Assembly: GCA_964593355.1 (NCBI GenBank)
Contig: CAZQHM010000021.1
Location: 1,565-65,564, forward strand
Length of the DNA: 64,000 bases
DNA from: an uncultured Myxococcales bacterium
GTDB taxonomy: Bacteria > Myxococcota_A > UBA9042 > CAIXZC01
Reading direction: 5' to 3'
In this document: piece after piece, positions 43,101 to 49,100 of the stretch
Layout: every line of letters begins with the position of its first letter
Position numbering within the stretch: position 1 is the stretch's first letter
Position numbers and translations under genes: made by a program
Notes under the pieces: generated by a model
Database searches by the model: none
Told to the model about the DNA's origin: nothing
The model's input: only the letters and a program-made list of their open reading frames with translations

Positions 43101-46100
43101 TCAAGGCCATTGCAGAAGAGTCCATCGTTGCAGAACTGGTGATCGGGGATATGTTCGACGACGTTGGAGACCTCATTACAGTTGTCTTTGGTGCAGGGGA
43201 TGCCGTCATCGAAGCTGGGGATATCGCCAGGCAGGCAGCCGTAGAAGGAGTCGCAGAACTCTTTGCCGTTGCAGTAGAACCCATCGTCGCAGAGTTCGTC
43301 GTCGGTGACGATGACCACTTGCCTGAGATCTTCGTTGCATAACTGAGTGGTGCAGTCGATTTCGTCATCCTGGACCTGTGGCGTTCCAGCTACGCAGCCA
43401 GCGGCGAAGTGGCACCATTCGAGGCCGTTGCACCAGTTACCGTCGTCGCAGAGGGCGTCCACGGGCTCATGAGAGATGAATCTGGTGGCCTCGTCGCACA
43501 TATCCACGGTGCAGGGGTTACCGTCGTCAAGTCCGGCAAGAGGGGTATTGATGCAGCCGACTCCTTCAGCGCAGGATTCCGAACCGTTGCAGTAGAGGCC
43601 GTCGGAGCAGTTCCGCGGCTTGCCGCCGGAGCAGCTTCCGGCCATACACTGGTCGTCCACGGTACAGAAGAGGCCGTCGTCGCAGTATTGTCCGTTAGGC
43701 ACGGGGGCCATGGCACAGAGGCCCGTGGAGGGGACGCAGGTGTTCTTCATGCACTGGGAGTCGCCTCCTGTGGGGCATGCCACCACTGAGCCGGCTTTGA
43801 TGACGCACTTTCCGCCAACGCACTGGAGGGTTCCGTTGCAGAGGTTGCCGTCATCGTCGCAGCCTGCATCGGAGACGCAGACGCACAAGGGATCCGGTCC
43901 ACCGCCCACGCAGACGCCTGCCACGCACTGGTCGTCCATGGTGCAGACTTCGCCGTCGTCGCAGGGCGCCGTGTTGAAGGCGTGCGTGCACCCTGTAGCG
44001 GTGCAGATGTCGTCGGTGCAGGGGTTGTTATCGCTGCAGACGTCGTTGATGGGCTGGTGCACCACCAAGTCGTGGGTCTCGTCGCACCAGTCGAGGGTGC
44101 ACAGGACGCTGTCCTCGGTCTGCGGGGGAACCCCAGGCATGCATCCCATGAGGGGGTGGCAGGTTTCGGCCCCATTGCAGAAGATGCCATCGTCACAGAA
44201 GGCGTGGTTCGGCGTGTGGGTTATCTGGCCCGTGAGGGGGTCGCACAGGTCCAGGGTGCAGGCCACGAAGTCGTCCAGGGGCAAGGGCTCGCCGGGCAGG
44301 CAACCATCACTGATGCTGCAGAGTTCGTAACCATTGCAGGCGTCTCCGTCCTGGCACTGCAAGGGGTTGGGAACGTGGCTGATGGTGTTGGAGATCTCGT
44401 CGCATATGTCCATAGTGCAGGGGTTGCCGTCGTCCAGCGCCTCCAGGGGTTGACTGACGCAGCCGCTGCCTACTACGCAGGCCTCTACGCCGTTGCAGAA
44501 CTGGCCGTCGTCGCACAGGGCGTTGCGGGGCATGTGGAGCACCGAGTCCATGACTTCGTCGCAGAAGTCCAGGGTGCAGGCGATGCCGTCGTCCAGGGAG
44601 GGAGGCACGCCGTCGGTGCAACCCACCATGATGTCGCACAGCTCTTCTCCGTTGCAGAACTCACCGTCAGTGCAGAACGAATGTATGGGATTGTTAAGAA
44701 CTGTATCGGTGTCTTCATCACATACATCAGCAGTACACGGTATTCCGTCGTCAACCAGGGGTGGTGTTCCCGGGAGACAGCCCAGGGTTGGAGAGCAGCT
44801 CTCGGTGCCGTTGCAGAAGAGGCCGTCGTCGCAGGCTCGTGGGGCCTCGACGCAAGTACCGGCGTTATCGCAGAGGCCGTTTACGGTGCAGAGGTTGCCG
44901 TCGTCGCAGGGGGTTCCAGCGGGTGCAGAAGAGTAGGCGCAGAGCCCCGTTGCGGGGTTGCAGGTGGAGAGGACGCAGCCTCCGTTGGCCTCCGGTGGAC
45001 AGACCACGGCTGTGGCCGGGTTCAGGGTGCACTTCCCGTCGACGCAGAGCCAACTGCCGTTGCAGAGGTTGTTGTCTTCGGGGCAGTCGGCAACGGTTGT
45101 GCATGCGCAGGTTGGAGAGAGGGGGCCCGGCACGCATTGACCGGCAGCGCAGATGTCGCCTACGGTGCAGACGTTGTCGTCGTCGCAGGGAAGCGCATTG
45201 GGGGAGTTAACGCAGCCGACTCCGGCCTGGCACACGTCATCGGTGCAGGGGTTGTCGTCGTCGCAGGCGCCGGGGATTAGCTGGTGGACAATCTGTCCCG
45301 TGGCCTCATCGCAGAAGTCCAGAGTGCAGTCTGCTCCGTCGGAGATAGTGGGCAGCAGTCCGGAGATGCAGCCCTTGTTGACATGACAATACTCCGGGCC
45401 GTTGCAGTAGAGCCCGTCATCACAGAGGGCGTCTTCGGGCATGTGCACGATGACTTTCTGGTCTTCATCGCAGAGTTCGACCGTGCAGTGGATGCCGTCG
45501 TCCAGCGTTGGCGGCGTGCCGGGGAGACAACCTGCTGTGTGGTCGCACATCTCGACGCCGTTGCAGAAGATGCCATCGGTGCAGTCGGCGTCCATGGCCA
45601 CGTGGACGACGTTTCTAATCTCTTCGTCGCAGATATCCAGGGTACAGTCGACGCCGTCATCAGTCTCAACGGGGAGGCCGTCGACGCAGCCCACTTCTGC
45701 CACGCAGCTCTCCTGGCCGTTGCAGTAGAACCAGTCGTTACAGGCTTCGTCCACGGGCGTGTGAACCATCATCTGGTTCGCTTCGTCGCAGTAGTCCGCC
45801 GTGCATGCGATGTAGTCGGTCACAACGGGGGGCAAGCCCTGGATGCAGCCAACGCCGCTGTCGCAAGTCTCTTCTCCGTTGCAGAAGAGACCGTCGTCAC
45901 AGACCAGGTCGGAGCGATAGCAGGCCCGTGCACCGCCCTGCACTTTGCAGATGTCGATGGTGCAAGCGTCGCCGTCCTCGCAGTCGGAGTCCGTCTCACA
46001 CTCGACCACGGTCAGGAAGAGAATCCACTTCAGGATTCGTCCCTGGTCGCCCACGCTTGTGTCTTGTACGTCAAGCTGCCACTTCCCGAAGGAGACAAGG

Positions 46101-49100
46101 CCGTCAAAGAGGCTCAACGAAGCCGGGGAGGCCGACGAATCGAAGTCATAGACCGCAAACAGGTCATCAATTGGGCCGCCGGTTCTGTCGTGGAGCAGCA
46201 CCTCTCTGCTGCCTTTGCTGAATCTCACAAGGAGGTCGCCCTTGGAGGGGTGGTCAATCATCAGCTTGACGTAGACGTCTTTCACTATTACTTGGCTTGT
46301 GATGTCGACGACGGAGGTGAGACCGAAGGACTCGCCGTCGGGGATCACGATGGGGAACTCGTCCGAGGTTAGGAAGGGGAGGCCTGGGACGGGCAGGCAG
46401 GTTCCTGAGACCGAGTCGCAGTAGTCGTACATCCCGCACTCTTTGTGTGAGGTGCAGGTGCCCGGGCAGTGCTCGGGATAGTCGTTGATGCATTCGCCCG
46501 TTACCGTGTCGCAGCTGTCAAGGGTGCAAAGGATGCCATCGTTGCAGTTCTTCTGAGCATATTGGCAACCTGTGACCGGATTGCATGTGTCAGTAGTGCA
46601 GAGGTTGGGCGCTCCATCTTCGTAGTCTGTGCAATCTCTTTCGCTGAACAGACACCAATTATAATAGCAAGTATCGACAGTGCATGCGTTTGCATCATTG
46701 CACTCAGCGTCAATTTCGCAATCCGAGGTTGATACGAATATGGCCCATTGCACCAGGGCACCGCCATCGAATCCGGGTTTGGTGTCTTCCACGGTGAGCA
46801 CCCAGTCGCCGGCCAGGGGCTGCCCGATTATGGAGTCCAGGGAGCCGGGGCCCGATGCAGCCAGGCCGAAGGTCCAGGTGTTCTCGACGTTGGTGGTTGT
46901 GTCGGCGGGAGATGGCTGTTTCAGGACGACGCTCTTGCCGGCGTGTTGGAGTGTAAGCCTGAGGTCGCCACGATAGGCGTGCTGGATCTCGACCTTAACG
47001 TGGAGGCTGAGCACTGTCCCGGGGTCGCTCAAGGTCAGGGTGCTGGTGATTGTGCTGTTTCCAGCGCCGGTGTCCACCAGCTTGGGGGTGTCGGTAGAGG
47101 GGTATCGGTCGCCGGGGATCAGTTTGCAGAACTCGTCGGCAACGACGCAGGCTTGATTGGTGCCGCAAGGTTCATCGTTCTCGCACTCGATGCAACCGGG
47201 AACGGGGGTATGGGTGCACTGCTCATCGACGCAGGCGTCGGTGGTGCAGATTCGGCTGTCGTTGCAGTAGTCATCGCCGGTGCAGATGGGGTAGCCGTTT
47301 GACAGGAAGTTGAGGTAACGGTCGAAGAGGGCGTCTCTGGAGGCGCCGGCTTCGAGGGCCGCCAGCGGGACCGATGCTGCCACGGTGCGGTAGAGCATGG
47401 TGGCGTCTTCATAGGCCACGGCCGTTGCCCAATTCTGAACATCACTGAAGCCCAGGGGAATGGCAGCACCGCGTCTCTTGAGGCCGTCGAGGAAGTTGTT
47501 GGCCATGTAGCTGCTGGAGATGGGCAGATTGAGGCCGTAGGCCAGATGGCGCCCGAATTGGCCGCCTGTGGTGGTCTGAGGACCGTCGGAGATGGGGGTC
47601 AATGAGAAGAAGGGATGAAGCATGGTCTGAGGGTCTTTGAACCAGGTGTCTCCGCCCTCCAAGTAGAGCCTGCCGCCGCCGCCGAGGTATTGGGCCAGCC
47701 GGGCCGCTTCCTGCGACGAGAGTTCATGCTTTCGTCCATAGACGCCCAGCAGCGCAACGACGCCCTCAAACTTACGAAGGTCTGGCACCGCCAGAATGTC
47801 CGTGGCCACCTGCGCTGCTCTTCCAGCGGCGGTGATGGCGTTCAGCACGGCGGTCTCATGGCTTAGGTGGACCTCGGATGGACGCCAGACAAGCCAGCCA
47901 CCATCCATGAAGACGATGCCCTTGACCGTGGCCCTGTCGATGAGGCAGCCGTCGGAGACTCTCACTACAACTTCGAAGGGGCCCGCATCCTGGGGGCCCT
48001 TGGGAGTGACTTTCAGGAGGGCGAAGTAGGCGCCCATGCCGTAAGAATATGCTTGAGAGCCCACGGTGACAAAGCTGGGACCCGACTCGATTGTGATGGT
48101 CAGGTCGTCCATTGAGTCGGCATCCACAGCCAGGAATCGTGGGCTTGGGCGCTCGGTCCAGTGGATGTTGATTTCCTCGGGAATCTCGGTGAACCGTGGA
48201 GGAACGCCGGGACAGACCCTGAAGTTGTCAACTTCAAACGAGGTAATGTTGTATGTTGACGAGGAGTTGACCCCAATACCAAACTTAACGCCTTCGTTCA
48301 GGAAGGCTGCGGGTACTGTGAAATCAAGAAGCTCACTTGTGAAGCCCGCATCGAAGGTGTCAACCCACATAGTAGTGGCCACTGAAAAATCATCCGTATT
48401 TGTAATTACGAGCGAGAGATCAGTTGTGGAATCATAAGGGGTGAAGTGCTGATCCATCTGGACGGTGACGGCAGCGTGGCCGCCCATGGAGAGCCATGGC
48501 GTTGCGAGGTAGCTGTTGACGCCGTCGGTTTCGGGTAGCCAGTGGAACTTCATGAAGCCGTCGGGGCCAAGCGACCCAGCGGTGGCGCAGCGCCAGTTTG
48601 AAGAGGCGGGGTTGCCCAGGTCAACCACGGACCAGCCCAGGGAGGTGGCGCCGGTGCAACTGGCGAAGTTCTGGTGATAGGGGATTGACTGGAAGCATGG
48701 AGAGATGGGCACGAATTTGCAGACACCGGCGATGCACTTCTCTTCGGTGCAGTCGTCGCCATCGCTTCCGCAGTCGGCGTCCACCTGGCAGCAGGTAGCT
48801 GGGAGCCCGGCGCTTGGGGGTGCCTGGTCGGCGGGGATATTACGGCAGATTCCGTAGACGCAGGTGTCCCAGGTGCACGGGTTGTTGTCGTTGCACAGTG
48901 TGGGGGCCGTAGCGGCGGTGCAGCAGTTGGCAATGTCGGTGTTGTAGCAGCGGTAGTCCAGGCAGATGTCGTTGGTGCAGGGCTTGCCGTCGTAGCAGTC
49001 CTGAACCGAGGAGCAGCAGACGGGGTTCAGGGTGTTCAGGTCGAATGTGCATTGGAAGGTTACCGTGTTGCAGCTGCCGATCCAGCACTCATTTCCCGTG

